Positions 8,518-18,510 of a DNA stretch of 64,000 nt are shown here, piece after piece. The stretch is from Clostridium sp. CAG:524 (GTDB taxonomy: Bacteria > Bacillota_I > Bacilli_A > RF39 > UBA660): assembly GCA_000434555.1 (NCBI GenBank), contig FR880112.1, positions 161-64,160 on the forward strand, given 5' to 3'. The position numbers and the translations under genes are program-made. The notes below the pieces were generated by a model that saw only the letters and a list, made by a program, of their open reading frames with translations, was not told the DNA's origin and searched no databases. Position 1 is the first letter of the stretch. Every line of letters begins with the position of its first letter.

Positions 8518-9747
8518 TTATTCATTTAAATGTGATATTGCATTAATAAGTGATATTTTTCCATATTCATATGTAAGTGCTCCTTGTTCATATATTACGA
8601 ATGGTTCTCTTAATGGTCCATCACATGATATTTCTATTGAACTTCCTTGTATAAATGAAGAAGAAGCCATTATTATTTCATCAGTATAACCTGGCATAGG
8701 GGATGGAATAGGGTTAATATTTGCATCTATTGCTCCACTATGTTGGATACCTTCAGCATACTTTATCATTTGTTCTCTATTATTAAAATATATAAGTTCT
8801 ACTATATCAACTCTATGTTCATTATATCTTGGGCTTACTTTAAACCCTAGAGCTTCTAGTACTTTACTCGTTAGAATAGCTGTCTTTAAAGCAGAAGATA
8901 CTACTGAAGGTGACAAATATAGTCCTTGTAAGAACTCACGATTAGCACTTCCACTAGGTCCTACTTCTTTTCCTTCTCCTACCACATTTAATCTTTCAGC
9001 ACATAATTCTATAAGTTCTTTTTTACCAGCAATATAGCCACCATTACGAGCAATACCGCCACCTAAATTCTTTATTAAACTTCCAGCAATTAAGTCTGCT
9101 TTAGGATTTATTGTTTCTACAAATTCACAGTAGCAATTGTCTACAAATATTATTATATTTTTATTTATATTTTTAATGAATTCTATTACTTTATTAACTT
9201 TATTTACATCTAATGAATCTCTAAGAGAGTAGCCTCTACTTCTTTGAATATGTATCATTTTAATATTGTTATTTTCTATTTTCTCTTTAATTTTATCATA
9301 ATCAAAATCATTGTCTTTTAAATCTATTTCTTTATAATTAATATTGTAACTCATAAGTGAACTATTATTAGGCTTAATACCAATTACTTCATGTAATGTA
9401 TCATATGGAGTACCTGTTATTGTTAAAAGCGTATCATTTGGTCTTAAAATAGCAAATAAAGCAGTACTTATCGCATGACTTCCAGATATTATTTGTGTTC
9501 TTACAAGAGCATCTTCAGTATCAAGAATATATGCAAAAATACTTTCTATCTTATCTCTACCAATATCATTATAACCATATCCAGTAGTTCCATTTAAATC
9601 ACTTTCACTTATATTATACTTATGAAAAGCATCTAATACTTTTTTACTATTGTTAAATGTATTATTATCTATTTCACTAAAAATATCTATTAATTCTTTT
9701 TCTTCATTATTAACTAGTTCTATATATTTTTGATTAAGTTTTAACAT
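8518..9747 (-). CDS. YnbB / aluminium-resistance family PLP-dependent enzyme (Cys/Met metabolism fold)
   Basis: Family blocks TGYGYNDIGRDKIE, EDALVR.QI.SGSHAI, PYDTLHEVIGI, HIQRSRGYS, VDNCYCEF, AGSLIKNLGGGIA, MPGYTDEIIMA and QGSSIE.S.DGPLREP. Confidence 0.8.
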   Translation of the reverse strand: MLKLNQKYIELVNNEEKELIDIFSEIDNNTFNNSKKVLDAFHKYNISESDLNGTTGYGYNDIGRDKIESIFAYILDTEDALVRTQIISGSHAISTALFAILRPNDTLLTITGTPYDTLHEVIGIKPNNSSLMSYNINYKEIDLKDNDFDYDKIKEKIENNNIKMIHIQRSRGYSLRDSLDVNKVNKVIEFIKNINKNIIIFVDNCYCEFVETINPKADLIAGSLIKNLGGGIARNGGYIAGKKELIELCAERLNVVGEGKEVGPSGSANREFLQGLYLSPSVVSSALKTAILTSKVLEALGFKVSPRYNEHRVDIVELIYFNNREQMIKYAEGIQHSGAIDANINPIPSPMPGYTDEIIMASSSFIQGSSIEISCDGPLREPFVIYEQGALTYEYGKISLINAISHLNE

Positions 9748-10475
9748 TTTTTACCACCATCTATTCTTATAACTGAATCATTTATATAACTTGCATCCTC
9801 ACTAGATATAAAATATATAAGATTAGCAATTTCATTTGGTTCAGCAAATCTCTTAAGTAATATTTTATCTTCTTCTTGCTTTCTAAATTCCATGTCCATA
9901 TCTTTATTCATAGGAGTATTTATCCATCCAGGACATATTGTATTAACTCTTATTTTAGGACTTAAATAGTTTGCTAGATTATGACTTAAATTAATTATTC
10001 CAGCTTTAGAACTATCATAATCAAGACTATATTCATAATAAGTATCTATTCCATTAGTTGAACTTATATTTATAATACTACTATTATCACTCATTATAGT
10101 AGACATTATTTTAGATACAAGAAATGTTCCAACTAAATTAACTTCTAATATTTTCATATAGTTTTCCTTTGTTTTATCACTAAATGTTGTATCTATCGCT
10201 ATACTAGCATTATTTACTAAAACATCTAATTTATTAAATTTATTTATTATTTCTTGTCTTAAATTTTCAATATCTTCTTCTTTTGATATATCACACTTTA
10301 TTACTAAAGATTCAGTATTATATTTATCTTTTATTTCTTTTTGTAATTTTATTGCTTCATCTTTATGACTATTGTAAGTAATAATAGTATTATATCCCAT
10401 ACTCGCATATTTTCTTATTATTGATGCTCCAAGTCCTATACTAGAACCTGTTACTAAAACACACTTTTTATTCAT
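9741..10475 (-). CDS. Short-chain dehydrogenase/reductase (SDR) family oxidoreductase
   Basis: TGSSIGLG dinucleotide motif, NNAS, and the YxxxK catalytic pair (YDSSKAG). The start is placed at the internal Met (MNKKCVLVTG) preceded by GGAGG. The track ORF extends to 10508. Confidence 0.8.
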   Translation of the reverse strand: MNKKCVLVTGSSIGLGASIIRKYASMGYNTIITYNSHKDEAIKLQKEIKDKYNTESLVIKCDISKEEDIENLRQEIINKFNKLDVLVNNASIAIDTTFSDKTKENYMKILEVNLVGTFLVSKIMSTIMSDNSSIINISSTNGIDTYYEYSLDYDSSKAGIINLSHNLANYLSPKIRVNTICPGWINTPMNKDMDMEFRKQEEDKILLKRFAEPNEIANLIYFISSEDASYINDSVIRIDGGKKC

Positions 10476-10544
10476 ATTTCCTCCGCTTTTTCGTATGTAT
10501 TTTATCATGTTTAATGATTTTTCTCAATAAAAACATAAAATCTC

Positions 10545-10573
10545 TTGTCATTATTTGTTTTATTTGTTATAAT
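10545..10573 (+). promoter_or_regulatory. Sigma-A promoter upstream of rpmG-efp
   Basis: TTGTCA, a 17-nt spacer, then TATAAT. Confidence 0.5.
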
Positions 10574-10602
10574 CTCTATGTAAAAAAAGGAGGAAACCTA
10601 TA

Positions 10603-10770
10603 ATGGCAAAGAAAGAAAATAGAGAAGGTATTGCATTACAATGTACTGTATGTAAAGAAATTAATTATTTAACAAGTAAGAATAAAAAGAATACTGAAGG
10701 AAAAATGGAAATTAAGAAATTCTGTTCTAGATGCAATAAAACAACTGCTCACAAAGAAAAGAAAGCGTAG
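10603..10770 (+). CDS. rpmG: 50S ribosomal protein L33
   Basis: Absent from the ORF track because it is too short. Read directly: [55 protein letters not shown], with the CxxC...CxxC zinc-ribbon L33 pattern. An AGGAGG RBS precedes it. Confidence 0.85.
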   Translation: MAKKENREGIALQCTVCKEINYLTSKNKKNTEGKMEIKKFCSRCNKTTAHKEKKA

Positions 10771-10781
10771 GTATTTAATAT

Positions 10782-11339
10782 ATGTTTAATGTTAATGATA
10801 TTAAAAATGGTATGACTATTAAATATGAAGGAGTTATCTACCAAGTAGTTGAATTCCAACATGTTAAACCAGGAAAGGGTAGTGCTTTTGTTAAAACTAA
10901 ACTTAAGAATTTAAGAGCTGGTACTACTCAAGAAATTACATTTAATGCTGGTATTAAGATGGAAAAAGCTGATGTACGTAAGAATCAACTTTCATATTTA
11001 TATAATGCTGGTGATAAGTATGTATTTATGGATAATAATACTTATGATCAAATTGAACTTGACGCAAAACTTATTGGTGATGATGCTAAATTCTTAAAAG
11101 AAGGAATTAATGTTGAATCAATGAGTATTGAAGGAGAAATTATTGGAATTAGTTTACCTGAAAAAGTTTCTTATAAAGTAATTAGTGCTCCTGATGCAGT
11201 TAAAGGAAATACTACAAGTGGTGCACAAAAAGATATTACTATTGAAACTGGATATACTTTAAAAGCCCCATTATTTATTAGTGAAGGTGAAGAAGTAGTT
11301 ATCACAACAAGAGATGGTAAATATTTTAGTAGAGCTTAA
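10782..11339 (+). CDS. efp: Translation elongation factor P
   Basis: 185 aa. It contains VEFQHVKPGKGSAFVKTKLKNL, the conserved loop carrying the modified Lys. Confidence 0.95.
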   Translation: MFNVNDIKNGMTIKYEGVIYQVVEFQHVKPGKGSAFVKTKLKNLRAGTTQEITFNAGIKMEKADVRKNQLSYLYNAGDKYVFMDNNTYDQIELDAKLIGDDAKFLKEGINVESMSIEGEIIGISLPEKVSYKVISAPDAVKGNTTSGAQKDITIETGYTLKAPLFISEGEEVVITTRDGKYFSRA

Positions 11340-11340
11340 G

Positions 11341-11362
11341 ACTAACGAAATGTTAGTTTTTT
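11341..11362 (+). terminator. efp intrinsic terminator
   Basis: ACTAAC-GAAAT-GTTAGT hairpin plus T6. Confidence 0.6.
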
Positions 11363-11511
11363 ATTTGGCTTTTCAGTTTTAGTACATTAATTAGTAAAAT
11401 AAATTAAGCAGTAAAAACATTGTAATTAGTACAAAATACTTTCAAAGATTAGTATAAATATGTTAAAATAACTAAGTAGAAAGAAAAATAAAAATTAATT
11501 TAGGGGGATTT

Positions 11512-12306
11512 GTGAAAGAAAATTATATAGCTTACTTTGATGAAACCGGTGATGACGGTAACAATACAAATTCATCAGACATATTTTTATTAACGAGTAT
11601 TTATATGTCAATAAACAGTTGGCAAAAGAATTACGATATCATGTTGGAATTAAGAAAAAAGTTAAAACAAAAATATAATTTTTTTCTTAAAGAAGAAATG
11701 CATACAAAACATTTTCTATGTGATAAGGATCCTTATAGGAAGCATAATTGGTCCATTAATGATAAACAAGAAATATTAAAAGAATATACATTGGCTATTA
11801 GTAAACTAGATATTTCAATAATTAATGTGATGATTGATAAAAGGAAAATTAAGAGAAACGATTATAAAGTTTTGGAAAATGCATTAACCTACAATATTCA
11901 ACGAATTGAAAATGATAGTGCAGGAAAATGGAATTATTTAATTATAACTGACAAAGGAAGATTATCGCCAATGAGAAAAACTGCAAGAAGGATTAGGGCA
12001 TATAATCCAATTCATTCAAAATATTCTCAACAAATAAAAAATCAACCAATACATAGTTTAATTGAAGATATTTTAGAAAAAGATTCGACTGAATCTCATT
12101 TTATACAAGTTTGTGATTTTATATCATATTTCACACATTTGTATCAAAAATGCTGTGTAGAAAAAAATGAGTTGCCTAATAGGATTGCAAATTGTATAGA
12201 TAAAAAATTCATTGGTAGTGTAATGAAAACACTAAAAGTAAATGGCAAAATTAACTTAAATGCTAATAAAGATAGTGCTTATGGTATTGTAAAATATCCA
12301 AAATAA
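11512..12306 (+). CDS. DUF3800-like protein
   Basis: GTG start after a GGGGGA RBS. The N-terminal IAYFDETGDDG and C-terminal IQVCDFISY match the two acidic signature blocks of DUF3800 as I remember them. Confidence 0.65.
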   Translation: MKENYIAYFDETGDDGNNTNSSDIFLLTSIYMSINSWQKNYDIMLELRKKLKQKYNFFLKEEMHTKHFLCDKDPYRKHNWSINDKQEILKEYTLAISKLDISIINVMIDKRKIKRNDYKVLENALTYNIQRIENDSAGKWNYLIITDKGRLSPMRKTARRIRAYNPIHSKYSQQIKNQPIHSLIEDILEKDSTESHFIQVCDFISYFTHLYQKCCVEKNELPNRIANCIDKKFIGSVMKTLKVNGKINLNANKDSAYGIVKYPK

Positions 12307-12410
12307 AAACACTACCCTACATGCATTCGCATTTCAAGTAGTTCACTTATATTATAGCAAATTATTTATATCTGTCAATGAAATTCAAACTATAAAAATT
12401 TAAAATGTAA

Positions 12411-12652
12411 TTGACAATATATTAAAAATAATATATACTTTTGTTATTAAATGTTGATGAAATTATTAGTATTTATAGAAATAATCTATAGAGAATTAGT
12501 GGTTGGTGTAAACTAATGAATTTTTATAAAGAAGTTACTGATTTTTGAATTTAATGGTGATGCTTTATAGTCATAAGAGAAATAGTTTAACTATAAAATA
12601 AGGTGGTACCACGGCAATAGTCGTCCTTTGATACCATCTTTTATTTTGGAGG
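12411..12652 (+). promoter_or_regulatory. Promoter plus T-box leader (tRNA-sensing riboswitch) upstream of dut-tyrS
   Basis: TTGACA-17-TATACT promoter at 12411-12439. It has an AGAGA K-turn element and a distal stem AUUAGUGGUUGGUGUAAACUAAU. The T-box core AAGGUGGUACCACGG lies at ~12599-12614. The downstream strand GAUACCAUC plus a U-run can pair with it as the terminator. Confidence 0.75.
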
Positions 12653-12657
12653 TAAAA

Positions 12658-13143
12658 ATGAGAAAATTTGAGAAGATTAGTTTTGAACAATTTAAGAAAG
12701 ATATTAGTGATGATAAAGAACTATATGAAAGTTATTTATTACCAAAAAGAAGTACTAAGAATAGTGCTGGATACGATATAGCTAGTTTAGAAGAATATAC
12801 TTTAAAACCAGGAGAAGCTCATATATTTGTTACTGGACTTAAAGTAAGTATGAATAGTGATGAAGTTTTATATTTATATGGAAGAAGTTCTTTTGGATAT
12901 AAATATAATATTACACTTGCTAATAGTGTTGGTGTTATTGATAGTGATTTTTATAATAATGTTGATAATGAAGGACATTTTAAAGTTAAACTTATTAATC
13001 ATGGTGATACAGAAGTAAAAATTAATATAGGGGACAGAATTGCTCAAGGAATATTTATGAAGTATTTAACTGTTGATGATGAAGAAGAAATAGAAAATGA
13101 AAGAACTGGTGGAATTGGTTCTACCAATAAGGAGGGAAAATAA
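12658..13143 (+). CDS. dut: dUTP diphosphatase
   Basis: SAGYDIAS, GRSSFG, NSVGVIDSDF and R.GGIGST motifs of trimeric dUTPases. The ATG at 12658 follows GGAGG. The track start at 12628 lies inside the T-box terminator. Confidence 0.85.
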   Translation: MRKFEKISFEQFKKDISDDKELYESYLLPKRSTKNSAGYDIASLEEYTLKPGEAHIFVTGLKVSMNSDEVLYLYGRSSFGYKYNITLANSVGVIDSDFYNNVDNEGHFKVKLINHGDTEVKINIGDRIAQGIFMKYLTVDDEEEIENERTGGIGSTNKEGK

Positions 13144-14345
13144 TGACATTTTTTGAAGAATTAAAATGGAGAGGACTTGTTAAAGATATAAGTAGTCCAG
13201 ATTTAGAAGAAAAACTAAATAATGAGAGTTTAACATTTTACTGGGGAACAGATCCTACAGCTGATTCATTACATTTAGGACACTATAGTTCACTTGTAAC
13301 AGCAAAAAGATTAATGCTACATGGACATAAACCTATACTTTTAGTAGGCGGAGCTACAGGATTAATTGGAGATCCTAGACCTACTGCTGAAAGAGAAATT
13401 ATATCTAAAGAAACAGTAGAAAAAAATATAGAAGGATTAAAAAGACAAGTTACAAGATTATTAGATAATAAAGCAGAAGTAGTAAATAATTATGATTGGA
13501 CTAAAAATGTTACATTCTTAGATTTCTTAAGAGATATTGGAAAGTATATTAATGTTAACTATATGCTTAATAAAGATATAATAAGTAGAAGACTTGAAAG
13601 TGGTATTACATATGCAGAGTTTTCATATACATTACTTCAAGGATTTGATTTTCTACATCTATTTAAAAATAAAAATTGTACACTTCAAGCAGCTGGATCT
13701 GATCAATGGGGAAATATTACAACAGGTATAGAACTTATAAGAAAGATTGAAGGCGTTGAAGCATATGGATTTACAATGCCATTAATACTTGATAAAACAG
13801 GTAAAAAGTTTGGTAAAAGTGAAGGTAATGCTTTATGGCTTGATAAAGAAAAAACTAGTCCATATTTAATATACCAATACTTACTTAATTCAGATGATTC
13901 TAAAGTTATTGAATACTTAAAAGTATTTACATTCTTAAATAAAGAAGAAATAGATGCTTTAGAAGAAAAAGTTAAAACAGAACCAGAAAAGAGAGAAGCA
14001 CAAAAAACACTTGCATATGAAGTAGTTAAAGATTTACATGGAGTAGAAGAAGCAGAAAAAGCAAAGAAAACAAGCGAAGAAGTATTTACTAAAGGATATA
14101 GTAGTGAAGGAATGCCAAGCGAAACAATTGAATATAAGGACAATATGAATCTTATGGATATACTTGTTATGACTAAAATAACTACATCAAAAAGTGAAGC
14201 AAGAAGACTTATCATTGGTAATGGAATAAGTGTTAATAATGAAAAAGAATTAAACCCAGAAAGAATATTTACAAAAGAAGAAATTAATGATTTAATAATC
14301 AGTAAAGGTAAAAAGACACATATTAAAGTTAACTTAGTAAAATAG
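13143..14345 (+). CDS. tyrS: Tyrosine--tRNA ligase
   Basis: HLGH (HIGH) motif, KFGKS (KMSKS) motif and a C-terminal S4-like domain. The ATG overlaps the dut stop (TAATG). Confidence 0.95.
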   Translation: MTFFEELKWRGLVKDISSPDLEEKLNNESLTFYWGTDPTADSLHLGHYSSLVTAKRLMLHGHKPILLVGGATGLIGDPRPTAEREIISKETVEKNIEGLKRQVTRLLDNKAEVVNNYDWTKNVTFLDFLRDIGKYINVNYMLNKDIISRRLESGITYAEFSYTLLQGFDFLHLFKNKNCTLQAAGSDQWGNITTGIELIRKIEGVEAYGFTMPLILDKTGKKFGKSEGNALWLDKEKTSPYLIYQYLLNSDDSKVIEYLKVFTFLNKEEIDALEEKVKTEPEKREAQKTLAYEVVKDLHGVEEAEKAKKTSEEVFTKGYSSEGMPSETIEYKDNMNLMDILVMTKITTSKSEARRLIIGNGISVNNEKELNPERIFTKEEINDLIISKGKKTHIKVNLVK

Positions 14346-14407
14346 TTAACTTTTTCTTTAAAATAAATCTTATATGTTATATAATTTAATAGTAAGGACG
14401 TGATAAA

Positions 14408-15103
14408 ATGAATAAATTAAGTAAAGATAGAGAATGGTATATAAATTTATTAATATGTTTATGTGCGTTTTTAAGTCTTGAGATATTTCCATTTATAGTA
14501 TCAAGTACACTTAAGAATGTTATTAAAAATGGCGTTATACTTAATCTTATAAATAGTGCTCTTATGATTTCATTTTTGATATTCTTATTTTATAAAGATT
14601 TAAAAGTCGAATTTAAGACATTTAAAAAGAATTTATCATCTTCACTTAAAACAGGATTTAAATATTATGTAATGGGAATAGGGGGCATGATTATATCTTC
14701 TTTAATCATAACACAATTTACAGGCGGAACTTCAGCTAATGAAAGTAGCGTACGTGAATTACTTCTTGCAAGTCCAGTGTTCATGCTTATTAATATTTCA
14801 ATACTTGCACCTATAACAGAAGAATTAATATTTAGAAAAAGTATACAACCTCTTATTAAAAATAAATGGGTAAGAGCGATCATTTCTGGAATTTTATTTG
14901 GAGGTGCTCACTTACTCACTGGAGATGCTATTAGATTAGTTGACTTATTATTTTTACTTCCTTATGGTACACTTGGATTTGTATTTAGTCTTATGGATAA
15001 TGATACTAAAACAACATTTACATCAATAAGTTTTCATGGATTACATAATGCCGCTACTGGAATATTACTTTTACTTATATCTAGTTTAGGAGTTGCTATT
15101 TAA
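14408..15103 (+). CDS. CPBP family intramembrane glutamic endopeptidase (CAAX protease-like)
   Basis: Polytopic protein with the EELIFR, FGGAH and HGLHN motifs. Confidence 0.8.
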   Translation: MNKLSKDREWYINLLICLCAFLSLEIFPFIVSSTLKNVIKNGVILNLINSALMISFLIFLFYKDLKVEFKTFKKNLSSSLKTGFKYYVMGIGGMIISSLIITQFTGGTSANESSVRELLLASPVFMLINISILAPITEELIFRKSIQPLIKNKWVRAIISGILFGGAHLLTGDAIRLVDLLFLLPYGTLGFVFSLMDNDTKTTFTSISFHGLHNAATGILLLLISSLGVAI

Positions 15104-15996
15104 TGGAAAAGGGTAAAAAAGAAGAACAAGAAAAGGAAGAAAAAGTAGAAAAGAAGAGTCATTTCTTTATAAAGTTCTTAATGTTAATTATAGTTATTAT
15201 ATGTTCTCTATATTTCTATGCTAAATATGTTGGTGTTAAAGGATTAGTCGTAAAAGAATATAGAATTAATAGTGAAATTTTAAGTGAAAATTTTGATGGT
15301 ATTAAAATAGTACATTTTAGTGATATACTTTATAATTCTACATTTGATTTAAATGATTTTAAAGAATTAGTGAGTAATATAAATAAGTTAAAACCTGATA
15401 TTATAGTATATACAGGAGACCTTATTTATAGTAAAAAAATAAGTAATAGTGATAAAGAAAAGATTATTGAATATTTAAGTTCATTAAACGCAAGTATTGG
15501 TAAATATGCAATATATGGTGAAAATGATTATAATTATAGTGAGTATGAATATGTAATTACAAAAAGTGATTTTAAATTACTTAGTAATAGTTATGAAGAA
15601 ATATATTATAAAACTAATGAGCCTATATTTATAGTAGGACTTCCAAGTAGTGATAAAGAAGAAGTTAATTTAGACGAATCATTTAAGTTTTATAAAGAAG
15701 AAGATAGAAAATATATAATATGTTTAGTTCATGATGGTAAAACTATTAAGTATATAGATGATAGTACTTATGAAGTTGATTTAATACTTGGAGGACACTC
15801 TTTAAATGGCAGTATAGATGTACCATATTATGGAGCATTATTTTTAGATGACTTATCTTATAAATATTATAGTGAACATTATGAAAAAGGTATTACTAAT
15901 ATTTATATTTCAAGTGGACTTGGTACTAGAAAATATCATTATAGATTTAATAATAAACCTTCATTTAATTTATATCGTTTAAAAGCACAGAAGTAA
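15103..15996 (+). CDS. Membrane-anchored metallophosphoesterase (YkuE-like)
   Basis: N-terminal TM helix. Calcineurin-like motifs HFSD, GDLIY, GENDYN, VHDG and GGHS. Confidence 0.8.
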   Translation: MEKGKKEEQEKEEKVEKKSHFFIKFLMLIIVIICSLYFYAKYVGVKGLVVKEYRINSEILSENFDGIKIVHFSDILYNSTFDLNDFKELVSNINKLKPDIIVYTGDLIYSKKISNSDKEKIIEYLSSLNASIGKYAIYGENDYNYSEYEYVITKSDFKLLSNSYEEIYYKTNEPIFIVGLPSSDKEEVNLDESFKFYKEEDRKYIICLVHDGKTIKYIDDSTYEVDLILGGHSLNGSIDVPYYGALFLDDLSYKYYSEHYEKGITNIYISSGLGTRKYHYRFNNKPSFNLYRLKAQK

Positions 15997-16032
15997 CTGT
16001 GTTTTTTTCATAAGATATACTAGAGGTGAATT

Positions 16033-16197
16033 ATGTATAGTAATGTAAAATATTCAAAAGATAGATTTGGATTTGCTGCTCCATTCTTACTTGGCGCTTT
16101 AACTGGTGGTGTAGCAGTAGGTGCTTTTAATCCTTATAGACCAAGACCAGTATATTATAGTAATCCTTATCAATATCAATATTATCCTTATTATTAA
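16033..16197 (+). CDS. Small membrane protein with a Tyr/Pro-rich tail
   Basis: Not in the ORF track. Read directly: MYSNVKYSKDRFGFAAPFLLGALTGGVAVGAFNPYRPRPVYYSNPYQYQYYPYY. A GAGGTG RBS lies 6 nt upstream. Confidence 0.4.
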   Translation: MYSNVKYSKDRFGFAAPFLLGALTGGVAVGAFNPYRPRPVYYSNPYQYQYYPYY

Positions 16198-16283
16198 TTT
16201 AAATTTTATTTAATGATTGAAATAGTTATCATTGATTTAAAGTTTATTTTGTAGTATAATATGCCTACTTTGTGGGGAATATT

Positions 16284-16925
16284 ATGGAAAAAGAAAATAA
16301 AGAATTATGTAAAAAATGTGGTGGATTTTGTTGTATAAAATCCGGATATGATTATAGTGCTAAAGACTTTGATGATTTAAGATATGATGCATTATATAAT
16401 ATATTAATGGAAGGTAAAACATCTATAGTAGCTTTTCTATCAATTGAAAAGAATAAATTTGGACGTGAATATGTAACACCATTCTTATATTTAAGAGCTA
16501 GAAATACAGGTAGAGATGCAGTTGATTTATTAAGTTTTAAAACAAAATGCTCACTTCTTACTGAAAATGGATGCGAATATGATGCATCAAAAAGACCAAG
16601 TGGAGGATTAAATTTAATACCTGCTGAAAATGGATGTTATCCTCTTGAAGATCCACTTGAGATTGTAATGACATGGAAGAACTATCAAAAAGTACTTGCT
16701 AAACTTGTTAAAAGAATTACCGGTAAATCAGTAGAAAAGCAACTTGAATGTGACATAGAAAAATTATTTAATGATATATTAAATGAGAATCTTGAAAATG
16801 TTACTTATAGAGAAAGACATGAAATAGGTCCTCTTGTTACAAAATTAGCACATATGTATCCAAGCATTTTACATAAATCAGTAAGTAAAAAACAAAGTAG
16901 TGAACTTATCTTACAAAAGAAATAA
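16284..16925 (+). CDS. YkgJ-like cysteine-cluster protein
   Basis: The N-terminal CKKCGGFCC cluster is typical of the putative Zn/Fe-chelating YkgJ family. The start is placed at the ATG at 16284. Confidence 0.5.
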   Translation: MEKENKELCKKCGGFCCIKSGYDYSAKDFDDLRYDALYNILMEGKTSIVAFLSIEKNKFGREYVTPFLYLRARNTGRDAVDLLSFKTKCSLLTENGCEYDASKRPSGGLNLIPAENGCYPLEDPLEIVMTWKNYQKVLAKLVKRITGKSVEKQLECDIEKLFNDILNENLENVTYRERHEIGPLVTKLAHMYPSILHKSVSKKQSSELILQKK

Positions 16926-16942
16926 TGTTAATAATAGTAATT

Positions 16943-18121
16943 CTAATATACTGGAATTACTATTTTTACTTCTGTATATAAATTTAACTTAGAAGTATAT
17001 TTAATCGTACCATTATGTAATTCAATAATCTCTTTAGATAAACAAAGACCAAGACCAGTACCAAATGATTTCTTTGAATAGAATGGAGTAAATAAATTAT
17101 CAATAGTCTCTTTATCCATACCATGTCCATTATCTTTTATAATTGTTATTAATTTATTATTTTCTATATAACTTTTTATATCAATTTTTCCATTATCACT
17201 TAATGCCTCAGTAGAATTTTTAAGTATATTTATAAGTACTTGTTTCATTCTATTATAGTCAGCATTAACAAATAGTTCTCTAGGAGAGTTAATATTTAAT
17301 TTAATATTTTTATCATTAAAAAATGGTAATATTGTTTCTTTAGCTTCCATAAGTAAATCATAATAATTAATATTATTCTTTTTAATATCTAAATGATTTA
17401 TAGAAGAAAAGTCTTTTAAAACATTTAATGCGTTTTCTACTTCTATTTCTAATATATTTTTATATTTTAAACACTTATCACTATCATATGGATCAAATAT
17501 ACTTAAATATCCTTTTATTACTGCAAGAGGATTTTTTATTTCATGAGTTACTTTAAATATACTTGTTTTAATTAATTTATTATTTTCTATATCTTCAAGA
17601 GTATAATATAATTTCATACGTTTTTTAAGTAATATTATTAGGTTATATATTAGATATATGCTTATTAAAAATATGATATTGTAATTATCAAGTAAGAACA
17701 TATATATTATATTTAATATTGTATATGTACTTATAAAATCTTTCTTATTTTTAATAATGAAATATAAAGTAAATAAAATTATATAATAACTTAATAGGTA
17801 AAATATATTTATATCAAGAAGATACAAAGTCATAAAAATATTTATTATTGATAAGAATATATTTAATTTATATTTATCAAATATGAATGATAATATGATA
17901 GGTAAGGTTATATAATAAATATATTCTATCTTAAATACTCTAATAAACACATATAAACATAAAAAATATACAAGAAGTATAGTCAATTCTAATGTAACAT
18001 TATTATGTAATTTATTTATTTCATCTTTTATATGAAAGAATATTATATATATCATAATTGGTATTATAACTATACTATTAAAAATATAATTTATTTCTAT
18101 ATGATTCATTTTATTCACCAT
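16943..18121 (-). CDS. Sensor histidine kinase with a polytopic N-terminal domain
   Basis: About 170 aa of hydrophobic helices, then an H-box THEIKNPLAVIKG, an N-box, G1 DNGHGM and G2 GTGLGL. No response regulator is adjacent. Confidence 0.8.
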   Translation of the reverse strand: MVNKMNHIEINYIFNSIVIIPIMIYIIFFHIKDEINKLHNNVTLELTILLVYFLCLYVFIRVFKIEYIYYITLPIILSFIFDKYKLNIFLSIINIFMTLYLLDINIFYLLSYYIILFTLYFIIKNKKDFISTYTILNIIYMFLLDNYNIIFLISIYLIYNLIILLKKRMKLYYTLEDIENNKLIKTSIFKVTHEIKNPLAVIKGYLSIFDPYDSDKCLKYKNILEIEVENALNVLKDFSSINHLDIKKNNINYYDLLMEAKETILPFFNDKNIKLNINSPRELFVNADYNRMKQVLINILKNSTEALSDNGKIDIKSYIENNKLITIIKDNGHGMDKETIDNLFTPFYSKKSFGTGLGLCLSKEIIELHNGTIKYTSKLNLYTEVKIVIPVY

Positions 18122-18141
18122 CTATATCTTAACACAATCAA

Positions 18142-18171
18142 TTTGTCGAATTTTGTCGAATTATGTCAAAA
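18142..18171. repeat. Three tandem 10-bp direct repeats in the kinase promoter region
   Basis: TTTGTCGAAT TTTGTCGAAT TATGTCAAAA, lying between the upstream terminator and the kinase start. Confidence 0.6.
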
Positions 18172-18192
18172 AAAATAAGAAAATTGAATTTC

Positions 18193-18510
18193 TTATTTTA
18201 AATCAGTCATATATTTTTTTATTTGTTTTGAATTAGGACCTAATATAATTTTAAGTTCATTATCAATTTCAACTATACCTTTAGCTCCTAATTTTTGTAT
18301 TCCTTCTTTGTTTACAATACTTGTATCTTTAAGTCTTACTTTAAGTCTTGATAGATTTATTTCAGCATCTATTATATTATCTTTACCACCTAGGTATTGT
18401 ATTAACTTATTAATTTCAATATGAAAATCTTTTCTTTTCATTTTGATAACTATAAGTGATACAATTAAACATACAAGAATTATAACAACGTATTGCCAGT
18501 AATTTCCCAT
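18193..18510 (-). CDS. Membrane-anchored protein with a degenerate PTS EIIB-like domain
   Basis: A TM helix, then LIQYLGGKDNIIDAEINLSRLKVRLKD...LGAKGIVE. This has the shape of a glucose-family EIIB domain, but the phospho-Cys of the C-x-TRLR motif is replaced (NLSRLK). Confidence 0.5.
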   Translation of the reverse strand: MGNYWQYVVIILVCLIVSLIVIKMKRKDFHIEINKLIQYLGGKDNIIDAEINLSRLKVRLKDTSIVNKEGIQKLGAKGIVEIDNELKIILGPNSKQIKKYMTDLK

